Shown here: positions 37,798-47,987 of the stretch, in pieces
Position numbering within the stretch: position 1 is the first letter of the stretch
Layout: each line of letters opens with the position of its first letter
Source: a virus
Taxonomy: Duplodnaviria > Caudoviricetes
Strand: one strand, 5' to 3'
IMG/VR virus record: IMGVR_UViG_3300036770_003690
Span: 1-58,586 of that record
DNA length: 58,586 nt
The notes under the pieces: generated by a model
The model's database searches: none
What the model was told of the DNA's origin: nothing
Seen by the model: the letters and a program-made list of their open reading frames with translations, nothing else
Made by a program: the position numbers and the translations under genes

Positions 37798-38535
37798 TTA
37801 TTTTAAGAAAAAAGTCAATACTCTATTTAATACCTCATCTTTTTTTGTGTTTTTAGAAACTTCAAATTGATTATTCCAAAAACAAGCATTTCTATAATGT
37901 AGGAACTTCTCTTCCAAATGAAGTTCAAATCCATAGTCAGAATCTATATTTTTTAAATCAACATCTTCAAATAAATCAGGATAAACTACTTCATATGGTT
38001 TATACTTAAAATTATCAAAAAGTTTATAAGTCCCACCACCAGAATCTAATGTTATTCCATTAATGGATATTGGAAGAAAATTTAATTCAAATCTATTCAA
38101 AGATTTCATATTCAAAAATAATAATCCAGGCCAAACATAATTAACATTATTTCTAGATTGAAGAAGTCCAGAAAAATCATAATCATTTAGGTATTCTAAA
38201 ATATCAAACTCTTCAAGTAAAAATATATCATGATCTAACATTAAAACACAATCTTCCGAATGCTTTGTTAAGATTATGTTTTGATATGTCCAATTAAGAC
38301 ATTCCCCATGATAATAACTCGGAGTATAATTACCTTCTGGAGAGTTATGCTCATAGAAATTTAAATTGTTATTTTTACATATCAATTTAAATTGATCAAG
38401 ATAATCTGGGGTTCTATAGTTGCAAATTACATTTATTTCATAGTTATTATTTTTTATATTTTTTCTAAGACATTCAACTTGTGTTTCTAAAAAATCTGGT
38501 CTATTAAAAGTGAATATAAAAATTTGAATCTTCAT
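37798..38535 (-). CDS. Putative GT-A-fold glycosyltransferase
   Basis: FNRPDFL N-terminus and LDHD (DxD) motif; cluster context. Confidence 0.6.
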   Translation of the reverse strand: MKIQIFIFTFNRPDFLETQVECLRKNIKNNNYEINVICNYRTPDYLDQFKLICKNNNLNFYEHNSPEGNYTPSYYHGECLNWTYQNIILTKHSEDCVLMLDHDIFLLEEFDILEYLNDYDFSGLLQSRNNVNYVWPGLLFLNMKSLNRFELNFLPISINGITLDSGGGTYKLFDNFKYKPYEVVYPDLFEDVDLKNIDSDYGFELHLEEKFLHYRNACFWNNQFEVSKNTKKDEVLNRVLTFFLK

Positions 38536-39413
38536 TTTTTATTTTTAATCCAATCTAAAACTGAAATAGTATAATTCCATCCAAGATGTGTTTTTATCTT
38601 TGATATATCTGCTCTTGAATGAAGAACTTCTCCGATTCTTTCGGGAATTCTAACTTGATAGGATGAAATTAAATCAGCAATATCTGAAATTTTAGTTCCA
38701 ATACTTGTACCTACATTAAATTCTTCTCCATAAGAAGTTAATTCTTTTTGAGAAGCTAGAATATTTGCGTTAACAACATCAGAAACATGTATAAAATCTC
38801 TTGTCTGATAACCGTCTCCAATTATAGTTAATGGTTCACCACTTTCTTTTTGTCTCATAAAGATTGACATTACTGGAGCATATTGTCCTGTTTTATGTTG
38901 CCTCTCTCCATATACATTGAAATATCTGAAAATAACTGTTTTCAATCCATATAGTTCATAATACATTTTACAAAGTTGTTCTCCAGTATGTTTTGAGATT
39001 GAATAAGTGTTTAGGCACTTAACTGGATTGGTTTCTACACTAGGTAAGAATAAACTATTTCCGTATACTGCAGAAGTGGAAGAAAACATAAATTTATTTA
39101 CTTTATGAAGTCTAGAGCACTCCAAAACATTCATAGTAGACAAAGTATTATTTGCCATACTTTCATTTGGTTTTTCTACACAATAAGGTATAGAAACATC
39201 AGATGCTAAGTGAAAAACATTATCTACTCCCTCAAAATAGTGAACAAACTTATAATAGTTTTCAGATAAATCTTGAAGATAATATTTTGCTTTCTCGTTT
39301 TTATAATTAGGTAATACTCTATCTAATACTATAACATCGTGTCCTATTTCCACTAAAAGATCTACAAGATGAGAACCAATAAAACCGCATCCACCAGTCA
39401 CTAAACTTTTCAT
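38532..39413 (-). CDS. NAD-dependent nucleotide-sugar epimerase/dehydratase
   Basis: VTGGCGFIGSH, SSTSAVYG, YSISK, RYFNVYG; start placed at MKSL. Confidence 0.9.
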   Translation of the reverse strand: MKSLVTGGCGFIGSHLVDLLVEIGHDVIVLDRVLPNYKNEKAKYYLQDLSENYYKFVHYFEGVDNVFHLASDVSIPYCVEKPNESMANNTLSTMNVLECSRLHKVNKFMFSSTSAVYGNSLFLPSVETNPVKCLNTYSISKHTGEQLCKMYYELYGLKTVIFRYFNVYGERQHKTGQYAPVMSIFMRQKESGEPLTIIGDGYQTRDFIHVSDVVNANILASQKELTSYGEEFNVGTSIGTKISDIADLISSYQVRIPERIGEVLHSRADISKIKTHLGWNYTISVLDWIKNKK

Positions 39414-39414
39414 A

Positions 39415-39960
39415 TTAATAAACCTTAAAGCAAAGAACATTTCCTATTAATTGATGCTTATAATTTGGATTAATAGTTTTTACAAAATCAATTACATCGT
39501 CTAGTTTTAGATAATCAAACATCCAAGTTTCAAAGCACTGAAAATCATCAATCAAAATAACATGATCTTTAATGGGATGATTTTTAATTATTTCCAACTC
39601 TTTCATTAAAGGACAAGGATCAATACCTTCCTTTACTGATATTGGACCAAATCCCAAATCCTGTCTAGTTTCATCAAAAGGCATAAAATGTGCATCAAGA
39701 AAAATCATTACTTTTTCATTAATTTCAGACAAAACTTTTTCAAGAAAAACTTGAGATTCTTCAACCTCAGCAATTACATTTTTGCCCTTAAACTTTTCTC
39801 TTGCATCTGAAATAAAATCTGGATTGATATCGCAGGTATATACCTGCTCAAACCCAGATAAAAGAGCCCTTTCAACTCCATCCCCCTTCCAACATCCGGT
39901 TTCAATAAAAACCTTTATGCCTTGATTATATTGAGTAAAAACTTGAACTGAACTTGTCAT
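39415..39960 (-). CDS. Methyltransferase-fold protein
   Basis: FIETGCWKGDG, FLDAH, ILIDD. Confidence 0.65.
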   Translation of the reverse strand: MTSSVQVFTQYNQGIKVFIETGCWKGDGVERALLSGFEQVYTCDINPDFISDAREKFKGKNVIAEVEESQVFLEKVLSEINEKVMIFLDAHFMPFDETRQDLGFGPISVKEGIDPCPLMKELEIIKNHPIKDHVILIDDFQCFETWMFDYLKLDDVIDFVKTINPNYKHQLIGNVLCFKVY

Positions 39961-40709
39961 AAAATTTTTGTCGGTAAAAAATATCCTGGTATACCATTTA
40001 CGTCTTTCATCTCAATGAGAGGTTTTAATGGTGATTTGAAATTACTATTAATTTTATAATAGTTTTCGTCTTCTGTCAAAATTCTATTGAATAGTTTATT
40101 TGAAGTATCTCTACCTAAGGATACTTCACTTATTTTTCCTGTTGTAACAGCACTCCATTCATACTGCCTAAAAAGAGGAGAATCAAAAGAATAAACATTA
40201 TAATATCTATGAATCTCAGCAAATCCTATATCCAAATGATTCTCTATTTCATAACCAGAGTGATATGAAATACGTTTACATATATCAACATAACAATCAG
40301 ACAGATACATTATAGCATGAGTTGCAAGCATATTATGAACTCTTACAATTTCATCATTAATTTTAGTAGTATGAACATATGGACCGGAATGATTTAAATA
40401 TCTCCCCCAATGTGAAATACCAAGATATAAAGCATCTGCATCATCAGGTAGTTCTACACTATCAAAAAATTCTCTATTTAAGGAACAATCATCCTCTAAA
40501 ATTATGAATGGGGGAGTTTGAGTTTTAAGAATCTCATAATGAGATCGAGCACATCCGATTATTCTCCCTGCCTCATGTCTTATTGCGGAAAATCTTTGGA
40601 CATATTTGAATCCAAGAATTTTAAGCATTTCTTCTGTTCTTTTTCTTTTTTCATCTTCACCATCAAGATTAATATAAAAAACAGGAATTTCAGTTAATTT
40701 AATATTCAT
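39957..40709 (-). CDS. GT25-like glycosyltransferase
   Basis: FYINLD, IGCARSH, IILEDD. Confidence 0.7.
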   Translation of the reverse strand: MNIKLTEIPVFYINLDGEDEKRKRTEEMLKILGFKYVQRFSAIRHEAGRIIGCARSHYEILKTQTPPFIILEDDCSLNREFFDSVELPDDADALYLGISHWGRYLNHSGPYVHTTKINDEIVRVHNMLATHAIMYLSDCYVDICKRISYHSGYEIENHLDIGFAEIHRYYNVYSFDSPLFRQYEWSAVTTGKISEVSLGRDTSNKLFNRILTEDENYYKINSNFKSPLKPLIEMKDVNGIPGYFLPTKIL

Positions 40710-41614
40710 AAAATAGAAAGTAGACTTTGAACACGATTTAAATAAGTATGATTCTCTTTTATAAATTCTTGATTATCTTTTAAGACTTCTTTTGTTGCAT
40801 TTTTAGATGCCTCTTCAGTTTCGGTATAAAGATTATTTAAGTCTTCGTTGGTAGTAATTCTTCCATCAAAAAACTTATTCATTTTAATTGAATTTGTTCC
40901 AATCCAACATCCATAACTCAATGCCTTAAAAATTCTACAAGGAATGTATCCATTGTCTAAATGCTGAGGTGGTCTTAAATCGAAATTTAAATAAGATTTT
41001 TTTGTAAGATCTATATTTTGATTGTCATCCATAAACCCATTATTTTTTCTACTGCGAATACCGGAATATCCTCCATAATTAACAAACTGCTTTCCATTAG
41101 AATCGACAACAGAAGTAATTTTTTGAATATATTCTCCAGAAAGAGATCCAATATAATTTACAGTATCTTTTGTATTATCGAAAAGAACTTGATCTTGAGA
41201 ATCAATTTCATCCGGAAGAAGATCAGTTCCCCACATTATAACAGCAGTTTTAGTGTCAGGATGATACCAAGAATATTCATCAATATTTTTTACATCATCA
41301 TTCCAATTATATTGCTCATGATAAACTAAAAGGTTATATACATTATCATGCTCAATTTTATTTTGAGAATGAAATCCATCCTCTATATTGTGAATAAAAT
41401 ATTTTGAAGAATCAACGATTGGAAGATGTCTACGGCAATTATTTTCAGAAATTATGATAGCATCTGATAGATCTTCTTGAGAATATTCTTCACTATCATC
41501 ATACCATACTACATCATAATCCAAATAAGAAAATGCTTTTGCAAATCCAAGATGTATATAAGAATGTGTATGAGTATGTGGTGGGTATCCCCATATTACT
41601 ATTTTTTTAGTCAT
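40706..41614 (-). CDS. Putative GT-B-like glycosyltransferase
   Basis: GYIPCRIFKALSYG and NHTYLNRV C-terminal motifs. Confidence 0.6.
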   Translation of the reverse strand: MTKKIVIWGYPPHTHTHSYIHLGFAKAFSYLDYDVVWYDDSEEYSQEDLSDAIIISENNCRRHLPIVDSSKYFIHNIEDGFHSQNKIEHDNVYNLLVYHEQYNWNDDVKNIDEYSWYHPDTKTAVIMWGTDLLPDEIDSQDQVLFDNTKDTVNYIGSLSGEYIQKITSVVDSNGKQFVNYGGYSGIRSRKNNGFMDDNQNIDLTKKSYLNFDLRPPQHLDNGYIPCRIFKALSYGCWIGTNSIKMNKFFDGRITTNEDLNNLYTETEEASKNATKEVLKDNQEFIKENHTYLNRVQSLLSIL

Positions 41615-41615
41615 T

Positions 41616-42320
41616 TTAATTTCTCACTTTAGAATGGTTTTTTTCTAAGGCCATAATTTTAGGATCAAATGGAACATTCCATCCCATTGGATTAAATTTA
41701 ACTGCCTCAGGATAACAATAAGAAGGTGTTAGTTCTAGTGTAGGAGGATTATCAATTAGATATCTATTCATATGACTTTCATCATGCCATACTGCTATTA
41801 TATCTTGTTGAAAATCTTTTTCGACATTTTCAACTATAGTCTCTGCCATTTTCAAAAAATATTCTGGTTTCCCTCCATTAAATCCACCAGCATAATACAT
41901 TGACCCCTCACCATAGGGGACATAAGCAGTAGATTTAGGACGACGTTCATATGAAAATTCATCTTTATTTTTAAACCAGAATCCAGGATGTTGAGTAGCA
42001 ACTAAGTCTCCCAAAACTTCATCACCAACCTTGTCAACAATTCTCATATCAACATCCATATAGAAGCAATAATCAAATTGAGAAATATATTCTTTTTCCT
42101 TTACAAAGTAGTGATACCTTTTTAAAGTTGGAATAGGCCAAGGTTCGTGTTCAATTTGAGATATTTTTACATTATCAGAAACTTCTTCAATTTCATGATT
42201 AGTAAAAATTAAGGCAGAAATATCATGACCATTTAAAAAGTTTTCTTCAACTGAATTTAAAAGTTGCTCTACAAATTGAATATATTTGTTTGTAGCAATG
42301 TTAAGTATACAAATTTTCAT
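41616..42320 (-). CDS. GT6-family (ABO-type) alpha-1,3-glycosyltransferase
   Basis: IATNKY, MDVD, HPG, YERRP.S.AY, YYAGGFNGG, AVWHDESHMNRY. Confidence 0.92.
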   Translation of the reverse strand: MKICILNIATNKYIQFVEQLLNSVEENFLNGHDISALIFTNHEIEEVSDNVKISQIEHEPWPIPTLKRYHYFVKEKEYISQFDYCFYMDVDMRIVDKVGDEVLGDLVATQHPGFWFKNKDEFSYERRPKSTAYVPYGEGSMYYAGGFNGGKPEYFLKMAETIVENVEKDFQQDIIAVWHDESHMNRYLIDNPPTLELTPSYCYPEAVKFNPMGWNVPFDPKIMALEKNHSKVRN

Positions 42321-42329
42321 AGGACTTTT

Positions 42330-42986
42330 TTAATTTTTTTCTATTTTATTTCTAATCAAAACAAGTAATTTATCATTATCAAAGGGATATGTCATTTTAT
42401 TATTATGATCTGTTTCAATAAATGACATATTACTAAAATACATTGTGTGATTATAAGCTGAAATTTCTTGATAATATTGAAATTCATCTTTGGAACTATC
42501 TATATCCTCAATGATTAAATATCCTCCAGGGTTTAAATAATTGTAAGCAGTTCTAATAACTTTTATTTGATCCCAAAATTGATGACTAGCATCGTCAATA
42601 ATAATATCAAATTTTACTCCAGTCTTATCAAAACATTCTTTAATAGAATCTTCTGAAGAAGCATCCATTTGGTCATAATAAACATTTTCCAAATTCTGAC
42701 CTCTTGCATATTCCAATAAATCAGGATTGCTATCCCACGCATAAATGTTTGCATTTGAAAAATACATTCTCCACATTTGAATAGATGCATTTTTCAAAAT
42801 ACCTATTTCTCCAATATTAATTTCTTTATATCTCATCGAAGAAAAAAGAATATCATAAAAAGGAGTATATCCATGTCTCCATTGACCAGAATTGTATGGA
42901 GATTTATCTGATTGAAAAAGAGACCCAAGTTTACATAAATCAGTGTTAGTATTATTAGAATTAAAAATAATTTTATTAATAGTCAT
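42330..42986 (-). CDS. Sugar O-methyltransferase-like protein
   Basis: SDK..HGYTPFY, EIGI, FDIIIDDASH, LNPGGYLIIED. Confidence 0.8.
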   Translation of the reverse strand: MTINKIIFNSNNTNTDLCKLGSLFQSDKSPYNSGQWRHGYTPFYDILFSSMRYKEINIGEIGILKNASIQMWRMYFSNANIYAWDSNPDLLEYARGQNLENVYYDQMDASSEDSIKECFDKTGVKFDIIIDDASHQFWDQIKVIRTAYNYLNPGGYLIIEDIDSSKDEFQYYQEISAYNHTMYFSNMSFIETDHNNKMTYPFDNDKLLVLIRNKIEKN

Positions 42987-43615
42987 ATTAACTTCAATGT
43001 AAATAGAGCATAAACCATACTCTTTTTTTCTAAAAATCCAATTTCACTAAATTTTGTTTCAATATTCAATTCTTTAAATGATTTTTCAATTAGGTTGGGT
43101 AGAGTGTATATAGAAAACCAATAATTGTGATCTGGATGAACTGATTCCAAATAATAATCTTCTTGATCCGTATTTGCTTTAAATTGACTTTCTACAAAGG
43201 CATTTGGTGCAGTTATAAGTATCTCTGTATCTTCTTTTACATTTTTTAAAATAGAATGTAAAAATAATTCTACATTATTTACATGTTCTATTGTTTCTGG
43301 TATTAGTAAAAAATCATATTTTTTATCTGGGATTTCAAAAAACAAAGTATCATTTTTAAATAATCCACTATCAATCATTTTAGTGATTGTTTCTTTATCT
43401 TTATCAAACCCATCAATAGTATCAATGGTTTTAGACAATGAGTAATGTAAATTTGTATTTTGATTGTATATCGGCCAATCAGCACAACCATAATGAAGAA
43501 CTGTTTTGTTTTTTAACTTTTCTTCAAAAAAATTCAATCTAGATATTTTTACATTATTTGTTTTTACTTTTTGAATGTAAAAATTATTAAAAGATCTTTT
43601 TATAATATCTGTCAT
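42983..43615 (-). CDS. Class I SAM methyltransferase-like protein
   Basis: VLHYGCAD, ETIEHV, ITAPNA. Confidence 0.7.
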   Translation of the reverse strand: MTDIIKRSFNNFYIQKVKTNNVKISRLNFFEEKLKNKTVLHYGCADWPIYNQNTNLHYSLSKTIDTIDGFDKDKETITKMIDSGLFKNDTLFFEIPDKKYDFLLIPETIEHVNNVELFLHSILKNVKEDTEILITAPNAFVESQFKANTDQEDYYLESVHPDHNYWFSIYTLPNLIEKSFKELNIETKFSEIGFLEKKSMVYALFTLKLI

Positions 43616-44422
43616 TTAAATAACGATCCAATCAGAACAATAAAGGTCTTTTGTATCCTTAGTTTCTTTGAGTTCACCAGCAAACCATTCTTTAGGAGCA
43701 ATTACTTTTTTACTTTTTGCTAACCATGCTCCCCACCAACTATAAGAACTATTTGCGATAATGTGATAATCACACATAGTCATAATACAAAGATCAGAAA
43801 TAGGATCTTCTCCTTGAGATAAAAAGAATCTATCATCTGAAAAGATTTCTTGATCATTGCACCACTTATGGTCGTCAGAAAAAATTATAACAGGAATCTG
43901 ACTGTCAAAGTGAGATAGTGCTTCTGTATAATACTCTAAAGGTTGAACTGGATGATTAGGATTAGTTAAATAATCTCCTCTACGAACGTGTAGGGAAATT
44001 ACTTCTGTATCCATAAAGTGCTCATTATAAAAAGATTTGCAATCAGACAAAATTGTATCTTTAAAAGTATAATCTTCTCTAATTTCATCTTCAATATGCT
44101 TGAAATATTTTTCAGTTTGAAAATATCCAAGTAAATCAGTTCCGTCTTCGCAAGTATTAAAAAACTCTTCATTAAAATCAAACCGTGATTCCATAACCAC
44201 CTTGTTTGATGTAAGATTTACATTATTTTTACTTTCTAAATCAAACACATCATAAATGCAAACACGATCTTGTCTAACATTTGCATCAAAAACCCCAAAT
44301 ACATCCTTTGGGGGAATACAAAAATCAAATCCACGATTTGCAGCAATTCCTTTCAAAGAAGCATATTGAAACATTTGATTGGCAAGTCTGCCAAGATTTC
44401 CAAGATTATTAAATGATAACAT
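43616..44422 (-). CDS. Alpha-1,2-fucosyltransferase (GT11)
   Basis: GRLANQMFQYA, GYFQTEKYF, HVRRGDY, IIANSSYSWWGAWL; start placed at MLSF. Confidence 0.9.
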   Translation of the reverse strand: MLSFNNLGNLGRLANQMFQYASLKGIAANRGFDFCIPPKDVFGVFDANVRQDRVCIYDVFDLESKNNVNLTSNKVVMESRFDFNEEFFNTCEDGTDLLGYFQTEKYFKHIEDEIREDYTFKDTILSDCKSFYNEHFMDTEVISLHVRRGDYLTNPNHPVQPLEYYTEALSHFDSQIPVIIFSDDHKWCNDQEIFSDDRFFLSQGEDPISDLCIMTMCDYHIIANSSYSWWGAWLAKSKKVIAPKEWFAGELKETKDTKDLYCSDWIVI

Positions 44423-45341
44423 TTTCTTTAAACCACTCGTATGTTTTAGTAATTCCAGAATAAAGATCAATATTTGGTTTCCAACCCAATGCCTTTATCT
44501 TTTCAATATTTAGAACCTTTCTTGGAGTTCCATTAGGCTTAGATTCATTCCAAATAATTTCTCCTTTATATCCTACAATGTCACTTATTGTTTCAGCAAG
44601 TTCTCTAATAGTAATATCTTCACCAGTGCCGACATTAATGTGATCTTCACTATCATAATCCCGCATACAAACAAAACAAGCATCTGCTAGATCATCTACG
44701 TGAAGAAATTCCCTCATAGGAGTTCCATCTCCCCAGCATTGAACATAAGGAAATTGTGAAACTTTTGCTTGATGAAATTTAGCAATAAGTCCTGGAAGAA
44801 CGTGAGAACTTTCTAGATCAAAATTATCATTAGGACCATATAGATTTGTTGGCATTAATGAAATTGCATTAAATCCATATTGCTTACGATATGCCTGACA
44901 CATTTTAATTCCTGCAATCTTAGCAATCGCATAAGCATCATTTGTAGGTTCTAGAGCACCAGTCATCAACTGATCTTCAGTAATTGGTTGAGTTGCAAAC
45001 TTAGGATAAATGCAAGATGAACCAAGAAATAAAAGTTTTTTAACACCAAATTTTCTAGATGCTTCTATGATATTTGATTGTATCATCAAGTTGTCATAGA
45101 TGAAATGAGCAGGATAATCATTGTTAGCACAGATGCCTCCTACTTTAGCAGCAGCAAGATAAACATATTCAGGTTCATTAATTTGAAAAAATCTTTCCAC
45201 TTCTTCTTGCCTTCTTAGATCCCAATGAGAAGAAGGTGATGAGATAATGTTTATATACCCTTTCATATGAAGCATACGGACAATGGCAGATCCAACCATT
45301 CCCGTATTTCCAGCAACATATATTTTACTATCAGCGTTCAT
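44409..45341 (-). CDS. fcl: GDP-L-fucose synthase
   Basis: [40 protein letters not shown]. Confidence 0.95.
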   Translation of the reverse strand: MNADSKIYVAGNTGMVGSAIVRMLHMKGYINIISSPSSHWDLRRQEEVERFFQINEPEYVYLAAAKVGGICANNDYPAHFIYDNLMIQSNIIEASRKFGVKKLLFLGSSCIYPKFATQPITEDQLMTGALEPTNDAYAIAKIAGIKMCQAYRKQYGFNAISLMPTNLYGPNDNFDLESSHVLPGLIAKFHQAKVSQFPYVQCWGDGTPMREFLHVDDLADACFVCMRDYDSEDHINVGTGEDITIRELAETISDIVGYKGEIIWNESKPNGTPRKVLNIEKIKALGWKPNIDLYSGITKTYEWFKENVII

Positions 45342-46335
45342 TTTTACACATATCCTCCACTAATTGATCAAATGAAATTTTTGGTTCCCATCCAAGTTTT
45401 TGTTTTGCTTTTGTTGCATCTCCTAAAAGAGTTTCAACTTCAGAAGGTCTAAAATATTTTGGATCCACTATTACACGCACTAATCCAGTATTCTTATCAA
45501 TTCCAATTTCATTACCATAAACATCAAACTGCCATTCAATATCCATTCCAAAGTAAGGTGCTGCTCTCTCGACAAACTCACGAACTGAATATTGCTTTCC
45601 AGTAGCAATTACAAAGTCATCAGGATCATCTTGTTGAAGCATCAACCACATTGCCTCAACATAGTCCTTTGCGTGTCCCCAGTCTCTTAATGCATTCAAA
45701 TTTCCCAGTTTAAGAACAGTTTGCTTACCTTCAGACATTGCCTTAAGACCTCTTGTAATCTTACGAGTTACAAAAGTTTCACCTCTTCTTGGAGATTCGT
45801 GATTAAAAAGAATACCTGTACAGGCATACATTCCATAAGATTCACGATAGTTTTTCGTAATCCAATATCCATAAACCTTAGAACATCCATAAGGTGAACG
45901 TGGATAAAAAGGAGTGGTTTCAGTCTGAGGAATTTCTTGGACTAAACCAAACATTTCAGAAGTTGATGCCTGATAGATACGAACTTTATCTTCAATTCCC
46001 AGGAGACGAACTGCCTCAAGAATACGAAGAGTTCCAAGACCATCAACCATACCAGTATATTCTGGCATCTCAAAAGATACTTTTACGTGACTCTGAGCAC
46101 CCAGATTATAAATCTCATCTGGTTGAACTTGCTGTATAACTCTTACTAGATTGGTAGAATCAGTAAGATCACCATAATGAAGACGAATGCGATTATAAAT
46201 GTGATCAATGCGATGAGTATTGATAAGGGATGCTCTTCGGATAATCCCGTGAACTTCATAACCTTTTTCAAGTAATAACTCAGCGAGGTAAGATCCATCT
46301 TGTCCTGTAATTCCTGTGATTAGTGCTATTTTCAT
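45331..46335 (-). CDS. gmd: GDP-mannose 4,6-dehydratase
   Basis: [44 protein letters not shown]. Confidence 0.97.
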   Translation of the reverse strand: MKIALITGITGQDGSYLAELLLEKGYEVHGIIRRASLINTHRIDHIYNRIRLHYGDLTDSTNLVRVIQQVQPDEIYNLGAQSHVKVSFEMPEYTGMVDGLGTLRILEAVRLLGIEDKVRIYQASTSEMFGLVQEIPQTETTPFYPRSPYGCSKVYGYWITKNYRESYGMYACTGILFNHESPRRGETFVTRKITRGLKAMSEGKQTVLKLGNLNALRDWGHAKDYVEAMWLMLQQDDPDDFVIATGKQYSVREFVERAAPYFGMDIEWQFDVYGNEIGIDKNTGLVRVIVDPKYFRPSEVETLLGDATKAKQKLGWEPKISFDQLVEDMCKNER

Positions 46336-46673
46336 ACTCTACCAAAATCATCCTCAAAACGTTCGATATCTTCCTCTAAACAAAAATCACCGTGCTGAAC
46401 TTCAATCAAAGTAATCCCTGTTGATCCACCTTTTAATCTGTGCTTTACAGTCTTTGGAATAAAAACAAAATCTCCAGTTTGGATTTCTCTAGTATTTTCC
46501 CCAACTTCTACCAAACCATCACCTTGAACAACTGTCCAGTATTCATTGCGATGATTATGCAGTTGTAAAGAAAATCTAGAATCTGGGTTTAAATAAATTC
46601 TTTTAACTTTATATTGGGGAGTCTCTGAAAATGATTCTTCATACCAACCCCAAGGTCTTTCAATTCGTTGCAT
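46332..46673 (-). CDS. Mannose-6-phosphate isomerase-like cupin
   Basis: [22 protein letters not shown]...[13 protein letters not shown]. Confidence 0.88.
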   Translation of the reverse strand: MQRIERPWGWYEESFSETPQYKVKRIYLNPDSRFSLQLHNHRNEYWTVVQGDGLVEVGENTREIQTGDFVFIPKTVKHRLKGGSTGITLIEVQHGDFCLEEDIERFEDDFGRV

Positions 46674-46699
46674 ATGTAATCAATAATATCCATATATGT

Positions 46700-46739
46700 A
46701 TCATAACAAAAAAGATGGGCATTGTAAACCCATCTTTTT
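46700..46739 (-). terminator. Intrinsic terminator overlapping a sigma70-type promoter for the PMI-gmd-fcl operon
   Basis: AAAAAGATGGG-loop-CCCATCTTTTTT; TTTACA in the loop, N17, then TATGAT after the T run. Confidence 0.7.
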
Positions 46740-46799
46740 CAGCATATTCAGGTCAACTTGACTCCACCAGTTCTGTTTAAGTCCATCCGTGACTAATCA

Positions 46800-47012
46800 T
46801 CAAACTTCAACTACTTCAAGATCCTCATAAAGATAATCAATTAGCATTTCGTAATCGTCTTCAGGATCACCTGAAAATACAACTCCATTTTGCTCATAAT
46901 AACGTTTTACTTTTTTGTAAAGTTTTGGATTTTTCACATCAAGGTAAAATTCTCCATTAGCAGCAGCACGAAGAGTATTTACGTCTTTTTTAAATTTTGA
47001 AGTAAGAGTCAT
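46800..47012 (-). CDS. Hypothetical protein
   Basis: 70-aa ORF preceded by TTGACT-N17-TATACT (47036-47064) and AAGGA. Confidence 0.75.
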   Translation of the reverse strand: MTLTSKFKKDVNTLRAAANGEFYLDVKNPKLYKKVKRYYEQNGVVFSGDPEDDYEMLIDYLYEDLEVVEV

Positions 47013-47074
47013 TTCCTTAATTGGTTTACCTGAATAGTATAGGTCTTTGAGAGGTAAAAGTCAAGTGGTCCAGA

Positions 47075-47260
47075 TTAGCAACCGTCTTCGTGCTCTGTGT
47101 GAATGCGAATAATGTCATCGAGTTCTTCGCAATTATTACCACAAGGAACAAGAACTGCTGTTCCATACTCACCTTCAATCATAAATGACTCACCATTTTC
47201 TACTCTTTCAATAAGTTCATCAAAATATATTTGAAATTGCTCTACTGTAAAACTTTCCAT
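47075..47260 (-). CDS. Phd/YefM-like antitoxin-fold protein
   Basis: TVEQFQ..FDELIERVENGESFMI....GTAVLVP resembles the Phd/YefM N-terminal pattern. Confidence 0.6.
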   Translation of the reverse strand: MESFTVEQFQIYFDELIERVENGESFMIEGEYGTAVLVPCGNNCEELDDIIRIHTEHEDGC

Positions 47261-47316
47261 TTATCAATTTTTCTAATAAGGTTTTAATAATTTATAAAAG
47301 TTTTGTTTTTAAAATA

Positions 47317-47390
47317 TCGGGCATAAAGGATTTGAACCTTTGACCTTCCCGCCCCAAACGGGACGCGCTACCAAACTGCGCTAATGCCCG
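47317..47390 (-). tRNA. tRNA-Pro(TGG)
   Basis: Cloverleaf; TCCCG-TT TGG GG-CGGGA. Confidence 0.93.
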
Positions 47391-47400
47391 GTATATTATA

Positions 47401-47440
47401 TATCATATCAAATGCTACATTATCATATCAAATGCTACAT
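47401..47440. repeat. Exact 20-bp tandem duplication within a promoter
   Basis: tatcatatcaaatgctacat x2; overlaps minus-strand TTGACA-N17-TATGAT (47422-47450). Confidence 0.9.
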
Positions 47441-47446
47441 TTGATG

Positions 47447-47641
47447 TCAAGTGCCATTGATAAACTTTTCATATTTATTTTGAACCTCAGAATCTACCTG
47501 ACTTAGGTTTCCCAAAGGAGGCATCCAATTTTCTTTGATTACATAATCAGCAAACCTATAAGAATAGGTTGATATTGGTATTCCTAATCTGCGAAGAGAA
47601 CTTAAAATAAATGCTCTTTGCTGAAGAATATTACTATCCAT
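47447..47641 (-). CDS. Hypothetical protein
   Basis: 64-aa ORF overlapping the upstream small ORF. Confidence 0.6.
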   Translation of the reverse strand: MDSNILQQRAFILSSLRRLGIPISTYSYRFADYVIKENWMPPLGNLSQVDSEVQNKYEKFINGT

Positions 47642-47780
47642 TGCTTAAAAATTTATTCATAGGATCTTTTTTGGATTTTACAATTTCACAAGCTCTTTTG
47701 TAAAAGGCATTATCAAGATTTCCAGATTCTTCAAAAATTTGTTTTATTTTTACCCAGTTGGCGTAAGTATGATCGTCCAT
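47634..47780 (-). CDS. Small hypothetical protein (48 aa), not in ORF track
   Basis: MDDHTYANWVKIKQIFEESGNLDNAFYKRACEIVNPKKDPMNKFLSNG*. Confidence 0.65.
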   Translation of the reverse strand: MDDHTYANWVKIKQIFEESGNLDNAFYKRACEIVKSKKDPMNKFLSNG

Positions 47781-47893
47781 TGGGTTTTATTCGTAGATAT
47801 TATTATATAATAAATCTTATATTTTCAGTGTCAACAAAATATGTTCATTTTGTAACACTGTTGAAGAAATTATTAAATTAGTATCATATAAAA

Positions 47894-47976
47894 CGGAAAG
47901 AACAGGAATCGAACCTGCGAGGGTGTTATCCCCAGCCGCTTTCAAGGCGGTGTCCTCGACCAACCGGACTCTTTCC
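47894..47976 (-). tRNA. tRNA-Ser(TGA)
   Basis: CT TGA AA loop, long variable arm, G discriminator. Confidence 0.85.
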
Positions 47977-47987
47977 AATAAAAGTCC

